This document shows, in pieces, positions 1-8,859 of a DNA stretch of 64,000 nt. Each line of letters begins with the position of its first letter. The first letter of the stretch is position 1. The translations under genes and the position numbers were made by a program. The notes beneath the pieces were generated by a model, which did no database searches, was not told where the DNA came from, and saw only the letters and a program-made list of their open reading frames with translations. Source of the DNA: an uncultured Thermoprotei archaeon (GTDB lineage: Archaea; Thermoproteota; Thermoprotei; Thermofilales; B15-G2); the NCBI GenBank assembly GCA_965367815.1, contig CBDUKN010000006.1, positions 1 through 64,000 of the forward strand. The letters run 5' to 3'.

Positions 1-1034
1 AGAGAACCAAAAGACTCTAATTCCCTCCAACCCCCCACCTCCTCTTCTTCTTCAAGAAAATCAACTACACGAATAGCAGAGGGTATTACACGTCTGTAAA
101 TATCGGTTAATATACTGTATAGTCCAGCGGTGCGGAAAAATAATGGTTCACAGTATTGTGCAAAAGTAACTAGTGCGCCAAGTGTAGTTAATTTATTTAC
201 AACTAAATATGAGCCGAGTGCAAGCACTATAAAGGGTTGAAGAGGCGCTATTACATCGTTAAGAAATATTCGCTTTCTATGCATTAAGTAAGTTTTTTTG
301 CCTAAGTCGACCATTACTTCAAAGTGTTCGTCAAGTTTTTTCAAAAAATATTTTGAGACTCCTCTAGCTTTAACTACTAGGTGGTTTAATACTGTTTCAA
401 GCGCAGTATTTAGTGCTTTAGCTTCAACTTCTCTATACTTTACTTCGTAGTCTCTGAATGAAGGAAGAGTCTTTTTGTAGTAAAAGTAGTTTAAAATAGC
501 TAGACTTAAAGGCAGTGGCAATAGTAGGGGGCACAGTGTAGCCATTATGTATAGAGGAACAAGTATTCGAAGCGCGTTATGTAGGAGAACAGCTGGAATA
601 AACGATGCTGCATAAGCTCCAAAAACTCTAGCATCATTATATAGTGTTCGAGTATAGTCTCCTAGAGAAATTTTCCTAGTTTTCAGTAGAGACATTTTAA
701 CAACTTTCCTGAATATTTTTAAAGAAAAATCTTTAGCTGCTTTATGCTGATAAACAACGTACGTGCTTTCTCCTATAAGATGAGTGAGATCTGAAACTAG
801 ATATGCTGTTAGAGCTATTACAGCTAATTTTAAAAGTTCTGTAGAAAAATATCCTTTCTCAATAGAGGCTACTACTTTGTCGACAAGGTCTTTTATAGCA
901 TAGGCGGCAGGAATATTAAGTAACCAGGAGACAATTACTAGTATCGAGGTTATAAGCTGAATTTTATAGTATGGTTTACCATACCTTATTAGCTGTTTAA
1001 TAAGCCATCTTAAACCACACTCCTTATACTTCAT
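1..1034 (-). CDS. ABC exporter, N-terminal transmembrane domain (MdlB/MsbA-like); runs off the window edge
   Basis: Not in the ORF track. Manual translation from ATG at 1034 stays open to position 1: MKYKECGLRWLIKQLIRYGKPYY...AIKDLVDKVV...LGSYLVVNKLTTLGALVTFAQY...PSAIRVVDFLEEEEE, the typical ABC_membrane layout followed by the linker to the NBD. Confidence 0.8.
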   Translation of the reverse strand, partial: MKYKECGLRWLIKQLIRYGKPYYKIQLITSILVIVSWLLNIPAAYAIKDLVDKVVASIEKGYFSTELLKLAVIALTAYLVSDLTHLIGESTYVVYQHKAAKDFSLKIFRKVVKMSLLKTRKISLGDYTRTLYNDARVFGAYAASFIPAVLLHNALRILVPLYIMATLCPLLLPLPLSLAILNYFYYKKTLPSFRDYEVKYREVEAKALNTALETVLNHLVVKARGVSKYFLKKLDEHFEVMVDLGKKTYLMHRKRIFLNDVIAPLQPFIVLALGSYLVVNKLTTLGALVTFAQYCEPLFFRTAGLYSILTDIYRRVIPSAIRVVDFLEEEEEVGGWRELESFGS

Positions 1035-1261
1035 AATAAGATTCCCTTTTCTTTTAGTATTTCTCTATAACCTAGGGTTTTTGCTATTATTTTTAAAGCA
1101 AAGTATTTTTCTTTAAGTTTACTAAGAAATTCTCTATTTTTCTCCTTCAGGTTTTTATCTAAGTGAAAGAGAACTAGCAGGTAAGTTTCAGTGAATAAAG
1201 TAGCGTAAGGATTGTGTGCTTTACTAGATTTTCTCGGTAAATGGACTACAAGATAGTACAT
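1031..1261 (-). CDS. Small hypothetical protein coupled to the ABC exporter
   Basis: 76-aa ORF whose TGA overlaps the exporter ATG (ATGA at 1031-1034); no recognisable motif. Confidence 0.4.
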   Translation of the reverse strand: MYYLVVHLPRKSSKAHNPYATLFTETYLLVLFHLDKNLKEKNREFLSKLKEKYFALKIIAKTLGYREILKEKGILL

Positions 1262-1329
1262 CGTAAACTATATTTATTCTGAGGGGTATAAAATTATTTA
1301 GATGAACCGAGGGTAGCTGAGCTATCCTC

Positions 1330-1506
1330 GTGAAAACAGACCGATGGCAAGGGATGGAGTATTTAATGCAACAAGGCTATAGTGAAAAAGAGGCTTTGAG
1401 GAAGGCTATTCCTTTAATTACAGACTCGGGAATAAAGGAGGTTTTTGGTCAAAGAGAAAAAGTATTGGAGGAACTTAAGAGGAAAAAGGCTTGTTTTATG
1501 TTTTGA
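1330..1506 (+). CDS. Possible small helical protein or gene remnant
   Basis: Manual translation GTG..TGA: VKTDRWQGMEYLMQQGYSEKEALRKAIPLITDSGIKEVFGQREKVLEELKRKKACFMF; purine-rich, protein-like composition. Confidence 0.3.
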   Translation: MKTDRWQGMEYLMQQGYSEKEALRKAIPLITDSGIKEVFGQREKVLEELKRKKACFMF

Positions 1507-2764
1507 CCGTGTGGTCTAAGCTTACAGCACATGATGTGCATGGATCGTATGCTCTTACTAAGTCTTCTAGAACTATCTTGAGTTTCTCTGAGCCTAAGTG
1601 TATTGATCTTAAGGTAAGTATTTCGGAGTCTCTTTCAATACTCCTGGAGTTTACGGCAGTAGGCACGATTATTACGTACTTGTATATTCTATAATTTCTT
1701 ATTTCGCAGTAGTGTGCTAGCAGCCCACGAGGTGCTTCAACTACGCCCACTCCTCTTGCTTCTTCAACGCGAGGAGGCTCGATAGGCTCTATTTCTAAGT
1801 CTCTTAGTTCCTCTGGAGCATACTCTAATTTAGCCACTGTATCTACTACTTCTATTGCCTGGGCTTTAACTATGAGAAATGGGTCTGGTTTCCACTCAAT
1901 GCGCTCAGCTAGTTCTTTAGCTTCGAGTGAAAGCAGTCTTTTGTTAATTATTATTCTCGACAGAGCTCCTACTGTCAGCTCTTCTCCATCAAACAGGACG
2001 TGCTGTGACGTAGAGTACTCTCTGAAAACAGGCTTCAGTCTAAAGTAGTACTCTTCTTTGCTCATTATTTCTCCTAGAGTAGTAGCTATCTTTGGGTCTG
2101 CTTCGCACGGAGTATATTCTCTATGCATTTTAATTGCTCCCAGAGCTCTATGTCTCTCGAACTCAGGTACACCTAAATTCAATATTTTTTCGGTGAAAAG
2201 CACGGATTCTTTTAGTTTTCTCTCAAAATTCTCTTTGAGAACTTTAGCTAGTCTACGGCCGCTAATAGGGTAAGAGAAGCCTCCAGCCGCGAAAAGAGGT
2301 ACGTGTACTGCTCGTCCTCCGAGTTTTTCGAATACTTTTGAGGCAGAAATTGCTAGTCTAGAGCCTATCTCTAATACACTTTTATCCTTTATTCTGAAGA
2401 TAGAGTACACGTTAGTTATTGTAGGGAATGTCATGTACGCTAAGTGAAGTAAGTGGCTTTGAAGATAGTTTAGCAGAAGGATGTATGTACGAGCTTTTTC
2501 TACGAGAGAGTCTACTTTAATTCCTATGGCGCTCTCGATCGCCTTAACTGAAGCTAGTGCGTGGGCAGTATGGCAGACGCCGCAAATACGGCTAGTTATG
2601 ACAGGAGCCTCTTCGGGAAATCTTTTCTCGAGAACCTTTGGTATAAAGCGCGATCCCTCTGTTATACAGAACTCTGCTACAGGCCTACCGTCTTTAAAGT
2701 AGAGCTTCAGTCTAGCATGTCCTTCAATAAACCTTATTGAGTCTATGTCAATATATATTACCAT
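1496..2764 (-). CDS. hydA: Group 3b [NiFe] sulfhydrogenase alpha (large) subunit
   Basis: IEGH, RICGVC (L1), EAPRG, DPCTSC (L2). Likely start is ATG 2764 (MVIYIDID), overlapping the delta subunit gene. Confidence 0.92.
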   Translation of the reverse strand: MVIYIDIDSIRFIEGHARLKLYFKDGRPVAEFCITEGSRFIPKVLEKRFPEEAPVITSRICGVCHTAHALASVKAIESAIGIKVDSLVEKARTYILLLNYLQSHLLHLAYMTFPTITNVYSIFRIKDKSVLEIGSRLAISASKVFEKLGGRAVHVPLFAAGGFSYPISGRRLAKVLKENFERKLKESVLFTEKILNLGVPEFERHRALGAIKMHREYTPCEADPKIATTLGEIMSKEEYYFRLKPVFREYSTSQHVLFDGEELTVGALSRIIINKRLLSLEAKELAERIEWKPDPFLIVKAQAIEVVDTVAKLEYAPEELRDLEIEPIEPPRVEEARGVGVVEAPRGLLAHYCEIRNYRIYKYVIIVPTAVNSRSIERDSEILTLRSIHLGSEKLKIVLEDLVRAYDPCTSCAVSLDHTVKT

Positions 2765-3515
2765 ACTTCTCCCTCCATTCTCTAGCCTTTCTTCCCATGA
2801 AAACCTCAATACTCTCGATTATTCTCTGAAGAGAGATCCCCTTTTCTCTCAGCATGTTCACATAGTTATCGAAATCAGTTTCGAGAGCGGGGCCTCGGCA
2901 GCCGTAACAAGGTATACCGATTGACGGGCACGGCGCGCCGCAACCGCCCATCGTTATTGGCCCTAAGCAAGGTATTCCTCTATCGAGGAGACAGGGTATT
3001 CCCTTTTCTTTACACTCCATACACACGTGATAGTCTATAGGTCTTGGAATGATGCCTTTAATTAACTTCGATAAAGTTTCCATAAATTCGCTAAAAGTAA
3101 CAGGGCATCCTCTCAGCTCGTAGTCGACATATACTATTGAGCTAAGAGGTTCTCCTTCAATATACCTGACTATCTTCGGCTCCTTAAAGTCCTTAGCGCG
3201 CCTACTACCGTAATAACCGACGCCGCCTGTTGAAGCACATGTTCCTAGAGCTACAAGAATTCTGCAATTATCTCTAATAGCCTTCAGCTTCTTTACATCT
3301 TTTTCGCATACAGCTGCGCCTTCAATAAAAGCTATATTTACGGGAACTATTTCTTCATCAGAATAAATTTCCTTGACTAGCTTGAAGTACTCAACGTCAA
3401 CTAGTTTAGCTAATCTCTCTACAGCTGAGCCGAGCGCCATAACTATGTTCATTAAACATCCTTGACAAGACGTAAGAGAGTATACAGCTACCTTGAGCAA
3501 ACTACCACCTCGCAA
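2748..3515 (-). CDS. hydD: Sulfhydrogenase delta (small) subunit
   Basis: LTSCQGC, FIEGA, LGTCASTGG, LRGCP, VCMEC...CLGPITMGGCGAPCP...CYGCRG Fe-S motifs. Confidence 0.92.
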   Translation of the reverse strand: MRGGSLLKVAVYSLTSCQGCLMNIVMALGSAVERLAKLVDVEYFKLVKEIYSDEEIVPVNIAFIEGAAVCEKDVKKLKAIRDNCRILVALGTCASTGGVGYYGSRRAKDFKEPKIVRYIEGEPLSSIVYVDYELRGCPVTFSEFMETLSKLIKGIIPRPIDYHVCMECKEKGIPCLLDRGIPCLGPITMGGCGAPCPSIGIPCYGCRGPALETDFDNYVNMLREKGISLQRIIESIEVFMGRKAREWREKYGNIY

Positions 3516-4311
3516 TATATTCTAAACTTATTTGCTTCAAGTTAAAAACAGGACCATTTTTACATACATAAAGACCGGGAGAAACCATGCATCGAGCACA
3601 CTTGCCTATACCGCATTTCATGTGTCTTTCTAAAGACACGTAAATGTTTTCAGGCTTAACTCCTTTCTCCATCAATAGTTTCGATACAGAACGCATAACA
3701 ACACCGCTTCCACATACAGCTGCTACAGTGTCTTGGCTAAAGCTCATTTTCCTTAAATGTTCAGTAACTCTACCGCGGTGTCCTCTCCACTCTGGAGGAG
3801 CTCTACTTAAAGTAACTATTAGGTCTACAGCAGTTCTCCACTCATCGTACTCGTAGGCGTAAATAAGGTCTTGAGGATACCTTGTCCCGTAGACGACTGT
3901 TACGTGGCTAAAGTAGTTAGGCTGTTCTACAGCCAAGTAGATAAGACTCCGTAGAGCAGCTATGCCTATACCAGTACCCACTATAACAAGTTCTCTTCCT
4001 TTAAATTCCTCTATAGGAAAGCCGGTACCTAGAGGTCCTCTAAGTCCTACAGCGTCGCCGTTCTTGAGGTTGTGGAGAGCCTGTGTAACGTTTCCACGTT
4101 TCTGAACAGTTATCTTTACTCTGTCTTTGACGCTCGGTCTCGATGCTATGCAGAAAGGAGCTTCACCGATTCCCGGAACTAGAACTTGCATAAATTGTCC
4201 GGGTTTGAAGTCTATTGTCCAGCCACTAAACCTTATGACGAATGTTCGAACTGCTTCAGTTTCCCATCTGATTCCTTCGACTATGCCTGGTTTAGGAACA
4301 TAGGGATTCAT
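3502..4311 (-). CDS. hydG: Sulfhydrogenase gamma subunit (FAD/NAD(P)-binding, 2Fe-2S)
   Basis: MNPY start, PGQF, GEAPF, RGPLG, GTGIG, SLERHMKCGIGKCARC...VCKNGPVF. Confidence 0.92.
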   Translation of the reverse strand: MNPYVPKPGIVEGIRWETEAVRTFVIRFSGWTIDFKPGQFMQVLVPGIGEAPFCIASRPSVKDRVKITVQKRGNVTQALHNLKNGDAVGLRGPLGTGFPIEEFKGRELVIVGTGIGIAALRSLIYLAVEQPNYFSHVTVVYGTRYPQDLIYAYEYDEWRTAVDLIVTLSRAPPEWRGHRGRVTEHLRKMSFSQDTVAAVCGSGVVMRSVSKLLMEKGVKPENIYVSLERHMKCGIGKCARCMVSPGLYVCKNGPVFNLKQISLEYIARW

Positions 4312-4315
4312 GAAA

Positions 4316-5338
4316 TCACCTCTGCAGTTTTTCTATAAGGTAAATGAAGTCTATACCAGCTGGACAGAAAGCAGTGCATTTTCCACATCCAACACATCCG
4401 TAACACCCGTACATATTCTTGGAGAAAACGAATTTGTGTAAAATTCTCCACTTAAATCTAGACTCCTTATCTTCTAAGATAACTTCTCCTCCAGCAAGCC
4501 TGCTGTAGTAGAGTCCATGGCAAGTTGCTCGGCGTCTAACTCGGAAAAATGCTCCAGGTTCTTCTGGATCAGGTTCATCATATAAGTCAAAGCAGTAGCA
4601 TGTAGGGCAGACAGCAGTGCACGCTTGACATAGAACACATTTCTCAGAAAGATCGGAGATATCTCCGTTAATTACTTTCTTTAAAGTGAGGCTATCGAAA
4701 ACACTGATATCTATCTTCTTGGCACGTTGGGGGGGATTTATTTCAGGAGCTTCTGTAGGCGAAGCTTCTAGCTTCGAGACAATTTCTTTTCCTCTCTTAG
4801 AAAAAGGCTGTAGAACAACGCTGTCTTCGTCTAAACTCATTGCTAAGTCTACATCCTCGGGAGGAATGTATGTCTTAAACGGAATGCAGAAGCAGTTTTC
4901 ATCTCCTTTGTCGCATAGAACTACCGCTATGAACATGTCTCTACGCTTTGATACATAGTAAGGATCCTTAGGCTCGGTCAAAAATACTTTATCTAAGTAT
5001 TTTATTGCATGAGCTTCACATGGATGAATTCCAAAGAGACACAGAGGTTTTTCTTTTTTCTCAGAGTAGTCTTCTACATCGATATATGCTGTCAACTTTC
5101 CGGCGAAACTCATGGTGCCAGCTCTATACTTGAACAAGTACTCTTTAGGAGGAAGAAGAATACTATTAACAGAGTTAATTGTCCTAATATACTCTAATGT
5201 AACTTCGGCGGGGTCTTCAATGTCGCTTAGAACAAAACTACCCGCCTTTTCTACAGGAGCATAAACTAGATACTTCTCCATCAACACCTCTACTAGTTCA
5301 AATAACTTTTCTCTAGGTATTCTACAGGCTATACTCAT
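4316..5338 (-). CDS. hydB: Sulfhydrogenase beta subunit (4Fe-4S dicluster)
   Basis: GIHPCE, DPYY, CFC, CVLCQACTAVCPTCYC, CVGCGKCTAFCPAGID; first gene of the BGDA operon. Confidence 0.92.
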   Translation of the reverse strand: MSIACRIPREKLFELVEVLMEKYLVYAPVEKAGSFVLSDIEDPAEVTLEYIRTINSVNSILLPPKEYLFKYRAGTMSFAGKLTAYIDVEDYSEKKEKPLCLFGIHPCEAHAIKYLDKVFLTEPKDPYYVSKRRDMFIAVVLCDKGDENCFCIPFKTYIPPEDVDLAMSLDEDSVVLQPFSKRGKEIVSKLEASPTEAPEINPPQRAKKIDISVFDSLTLKKVINGDISDLSEKCVLCQACTAVCPTCYCFDLYDEPDPEEPGAFFRVRRRATCHGLYYSRLAGGEVILEDKESRFKWRILHKFVFSKNMYGCYGCVGCGKCTAFCPAGIDFIYLIEKLQR

Positions 5339-5516
5339 GTCTACTATGTACTCGTAACAGTAGTATAATAAGTCGTAGGTTACATAGGTTTAATGTTGCT
5401 CATCGAGAAGCTGAATAAATGTCGGTTAAACCTTAGCCTTATTTCTGTAAAAGGTATATAATTGTACATTGGTTCAAAAACCTAAAACTTATTTAACCAG
5501 AGAGTATGTAGCTTAT

Positions 5517-5759
5517 GTGCTGGCATACATACTATTAAAGATAGAGCTAGGCGCCGAAGACAGGGTTCTTGATATACTTAAAGAATTTAAAGAAGTGCGA
5601 GAAGCCTACATAATTTATGGAGAATACGACATTATAGCTAAAATAGATGCATCTGATTCTTCGCGACTTAATGAGATAGTGCTAGGTCTCAGGAAAAAAT
5701 GTAAAAATATAATAAAGGACTCTGTTACGATGATTACAGCTAGAGGATTTTCTAGATAA
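5517..5759 (+). CDS. Stand-alone Lrp/AsnC ligand-binding (RAM) domain protein, copy 1
   Basis: AYILLKIE.G.E...EAYIIYGEYDIIAK motif, no HTH. Start GTG 5517 gives 80 aa, matching the paralog. Confidence 0.85.
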   Translation: MLAYILLKIELGAEDRVLDILKEFKEVREAYIIYGEYDIIAKIDASDSSRLNEIVLGLRKKCKNIIKDSVTMITARGFSR

Positions 5760-5867
5760 GTTTTACTATTGTAAAATAATCGCCTAAAGTAGTTATCAGC
5801 ATATATTGAGTAAAATGAAGATATTTAGAAAGATAAGCTTAATTTTGCAGGAAGCCACAAATATCTT

Positions 5868-6110
5868 GTGCTAGCCTACGTGCTCTTTAAAGTAGAGCTT
5901 GGTGCGGAAGGGGAAGTCCTTAAAGTCCTAGAAAATACTCCTCAAGTAAAAGAAGCCTACATAATCTACGGAATATATGATATTGTTGCCAAGGTAGAGT
6001 TTGAAAAAGTGCTAGACCTAGGAGACCTTGTTTTAAGCTTAAGAAGAAAATGTAAAGAAAAAATAAAAGATACTGTTACAATGATTGTCGCTAAGGGCTT
6101 TTCAAGATAA
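5868..6110 (+). CDS. Stand-alone Lrp/AsnC ligand-binding domain protein, copy 2
   Basis: AYVLFKVELGAE...EAYIIYGIYDIVAK; colinear paralog of the previous gene. Confidence 0.87.
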   Translation: MLAYVLFKVELGAEGEVLKVLENTPQVKEAYIIYGIYDIVAKVEFEKVLDLGDLVLSLRRKCKEKIKDTVTMIVAKGFSR

Positions 6111-6112
6111 TT

Positions 6113-7258
6113 TTATTTGGCTTCATATATTTTCTTACCTTCGGCGTAGACTGTCACAGGATATGCTTCAAGCGAGAATGGGTCGCTGTTCCATAGAATA
6201 AAGCTAGCCCACTTGTCTTTTTCAATACTTCCTAAAATATTGTCTACTTCAAGTATTTTTGCATTATTTAAGGTAATTATTGATATACATTCTTCTTTTG
6301 ATAAGCCCAGTCTACGCCAGAAGCGTAGTTGAAGGAAAAGGTTTCTTTGAAGAACCACGGGATGATCTGTCATTAAGCCGTAGAACGGCTTTACTTCAAT
6401 TAAGTACTTTATGTTCTTCCAAGACTCGTGCTTAAGTTCAGTCTTATACGGGAAAGCATCTACGGGCCCATAGACTATTGGCACATTTTCTTTCTTCAGC
6501 AGCTCGAACGGGTACTTAAAGTGTAGGTCACAGCAGTGATCGGCAGTGAGTTTAAGTGAGAATTCTTTCTTAAGCTTAATTAAAGAGACTACGTCGTCTG
6601 CTTTATGTACGTGAACTCTCAGCTTTAGTCTTCCTTCGAGCAAAGGAAAAAGTGCCTCTATTTCAGGCTCTACTTCATCGGCAGTCTTTTTACCTTTCTC
6701 AACGAGCTTCTTCTCTTTGACCGCTTTCATTAAAGTTTTCCTAAAGAGAGCTAAAACACCCATGCGTGTAGAAGGTCTTGTTCCCTTCCAGTCAGTAGTG
6801 TTGCGTGGATTAAATCCCAGCGCGGCTTTTATTCCAGTGTACTTAATGAACGCCCGATCTACCGTTTCAGCGTAATTTCTTATTACAGCAGCTTTTCCAC
6901 CAATGATGTTTCCGCTTCCAGGGAGAATACAGGAGTAGAGCACTCCATACTCTATAGATTCTTTAAAAGCTTTGTCGTCCATGTACACTGAGTCTAATGC
7001 GTCAGCGATAGCTACTACTGAGTCAAATTTTTCATTTACTTCAGTTTCGGCAAAAGGCTCGCCTGCTCTATCTAGGCCTATGTGGCTATGTGCGTCTATA
7101 AATGCTGGCGTCACTACAGGAGCTTCATCTACAATTTCGCATTTCGGTTTTTCTTTAGTTATATTAATGATTTTAGTGTTCTCGAAAACTATGTAAACGT
7201 TTCTGAGAGGAGGCTCATTTTTTCCGGTATAAAGCAAATCTGCTTTAACTGCTTGCAC
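6113..7258 (-). CDS. Amidohydrolase family protein (imidazolonepropionase-like)
   Basis: PAFIDAHSH, LPGSGNIIGG, KAALG, RVHVH, TDHP, GSIEKDKWASF. Confidence 0.88.
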   Translation of the reverse strand: MQAVKADLLYTGKNEPPLRNVYIVFENTKIINITKEKPKCEIVDEAPVVTPAFIDAHSHIGLDRAGEPFAETEVNEKFDSVVAIADALDSVYMDDKAFKESIEYGVLYSCILPGSGNIIGGKAAVIRNYAETVDRAFIKYTGIKAALGFNPRNTTDWKGTRPSTRMGVLALFRKTLMKAVKEKKLVEKGKKTADEVEPEIEALFPLLEGRLKLRVHVHKADDVVSLIKLKKEFSLKLTADHCCDLHFKYPFELLKKENVPIVYGPVDAFPYKTELKHESWKNIKYLIEVKPFYGLMTDHPVVLQRNLFLQLRFWRRLGLSKEECISIITLNNAKILEVDNILGSIEKDKWASFILWNSDPFSLEAYPVTVYAEGKKIYEAK

Positions 7259-7499
7259 ATATTCTATGAACCAGAAGACGTATTAGATTTTCTCTTCCTT
7301 TATAGCCGTAGGGGAGTATAAAGTACGTGAAAGTTGTGATCAAAACCACCATTAAAGTAGCTTCAATAAAGTGAAGTAAAATAAAGATAAAGTACATGGC
7401 TATGACTAAGGTTATTACTGACAAAATGTAAGCAAAGTAATTAGCTTAAGCTACTCTCTAATCTTTTCTCTAAGAGTTCTCTTAATTGTAATTTAGCCT

Positions 7500-7845
7500 T
7501 AATGAAAAGAGCCTTTTCGAATTAAATTGCTCTTATCGCTTCTGTTAAAGATAATGCTAAAGAGAATTCTGCTAAACATATTACAATATCTCGTAGAGGC
7601 TCAATGCGGTATGCAAGATTAATACCGCTAATAAACTCCAGTTAACTAAGCTTATTATTTTTGTTCTTTTGTAGGAATAGAACTGTGCTTAGAGGTAACA
7701 AAAATATTTCAACAAGGAATGTTTTGGAGAAAACTATTGAGATAACCATTGCTAGCGCTAGGATATATGGCAAACCTACATTATCTTCAAGTAACTATAT
7801 GAAGACATATCCACCTATATCCTTTAAGACTTCTTCAAGAGACAT
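7500..7845 (-). pseudogene. Degraded membrane-protein gene remnant
   Basis: One frame reads MSLEEVLKDIGGYVFI*LLEDNVGLPYILALAMVISIVF...LS*LEFISG...AIRAI*, i.e. hydrophobic segments interrupted by in-frame stops. Confidence 0.3.
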
Positions 7846-8070
7846 TATAAATTTCCAGTTTATTGTAGCACAGCACTCTTTTACTTTCTTCGCTTCATTC
7901 TTAGACTTAAGAGAAAACGATTCAAGAATATAATTACTATATTGTAGTCGTACCTGCATAGCTCCTTTAATGTATATTACAAGGATATTTGTCAAGTAAG
8001 CTCAGAAAAACTATTGCTCCATTAGGCTTGAGTAGAGAACTGCTAGTATTTAGGAAAACTGAAAGATAGG

Positions 8071-8805
8071 TTATTTTGAGCTTTTCCACAAGTAGTCGAA
8101 GTATGTTTTAGCGATTTCGACTATGTACTCGAAGTTAGAGTACGCTGCAAGTATTTCTCCTCTATGCTCTACTACGAGAAGAACTTCGCGGTCGCTGATA
8201 ACTCCTCCTCCAAACATGTGGTCAAGGTACTTTATTTCTATTCTAGCGGGCAAGTCTTTAAGTAGAGGCTTTAGTTCTTCTACAGCTAGCACTAATACTG
8301 GTTTTTCTGCCGATTCGCCGATAAGTGTGTTTTTGAATCTAAAGTTTAGGAGCTTGGAAAAAGGTACTGCTACGCGAATTTTTGTGCTAACAGATGCTGA
8401 AACTATGCTTATAGCTCTATTTACAATAGACTTTTCTCCTCTAATAATCGTAATAAATTCTCTTTGAGCAAGTCCACTGTGGCTATACTCGTATATTTCT
8501 TGGAGAAACTCCGCCTCTTTACGAAGGTCTTCTAGCTTCTGCTCAATACTAGTCTTCAACTTAAGGTAGACTTCGAGAGGAGGTACTGCATAGACTATGT
8601 GTGGTCTGCTGGTTCTATCTACCTTGATAAAGCCCTTATTTTCGAGACTCGAGAGAATAACATATATTTTAGTGTAGGGCACATGAGCTTCTTCAGAAAT
8701 CTGTTTCGCGAACATAGGGCCTTTTTCAACTAACTTGAAATATACTCTAGTTTCATACAGAGAGAGGCCTAGTGTTCTTAGCGCTTTAAGCTCATTTAAT
8801 ACCAT
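8071..8805 (-). CDS. TrmB family transcriptional regulator
   Basis: LGLSLYETRVY...ISEEAHVPYTKIY..LSSLENKGF...RP..Y.AVPP HTH plus C-terminal effector domain ending YFDYLW. Confidence 0.9.
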   Translation of the reverse strand: MVLNELKALRTLGLSLYETRVYFKLVEKGPMFAKQISEEAHVPYTKIYVILSSLENKGFIKVDRTSRPHIVYAVPPLEVYLKLKTSIEQKLEDLRKEAEFLQEIYEYSHSGLAQREFITIIRGEKSIVNRAISIVSASVSTKIRVAVPFSKLLNFRFKNTLIGESAEKPVLVLAVEELKPLLKDLPARIEIKYLDHMFGGGVISDREVLLVVEHRGEILAAYSNFEYIVEIAKTYFDYLWKSSK

Positions 8806-8827
8806 TCAGAGTGTTATTAGTATTAAA

Positions 8828-8840
8828 TGCTTATAAATTC
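8828..8840 (+). promoter_or_regulatory. TATA box (TTATAAA) for probably leaderless tes transcript
   Basis: gcTTATAAAt about 29 nt upstream of GTG 8860, in the 55-bp divergent trmB/tes gap. Confidence 0.5.
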
Positions 8841-8859
8841 TCCTGGCCTTTAATCATTC

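Noticed and set aside
1299-1336. Hammerhead ribozyme, SECIS element or tRNA fragment (GATGA-stem-GAAA; TAGCTCAG on the minus strand)
   Set aside because: The core is TAGATGA rather than CTGATGA, there is no in-frame TGA in the hydrogenase genes, and there is no T-arm or acceptor stem.
5380-5485. SurR-type GTT-N3-AAC site upstream of the hydrogenase operon
   Set aside because: Only mis-spaced variants (GGTTAAACC, GGTTCAAAAACC) are present.
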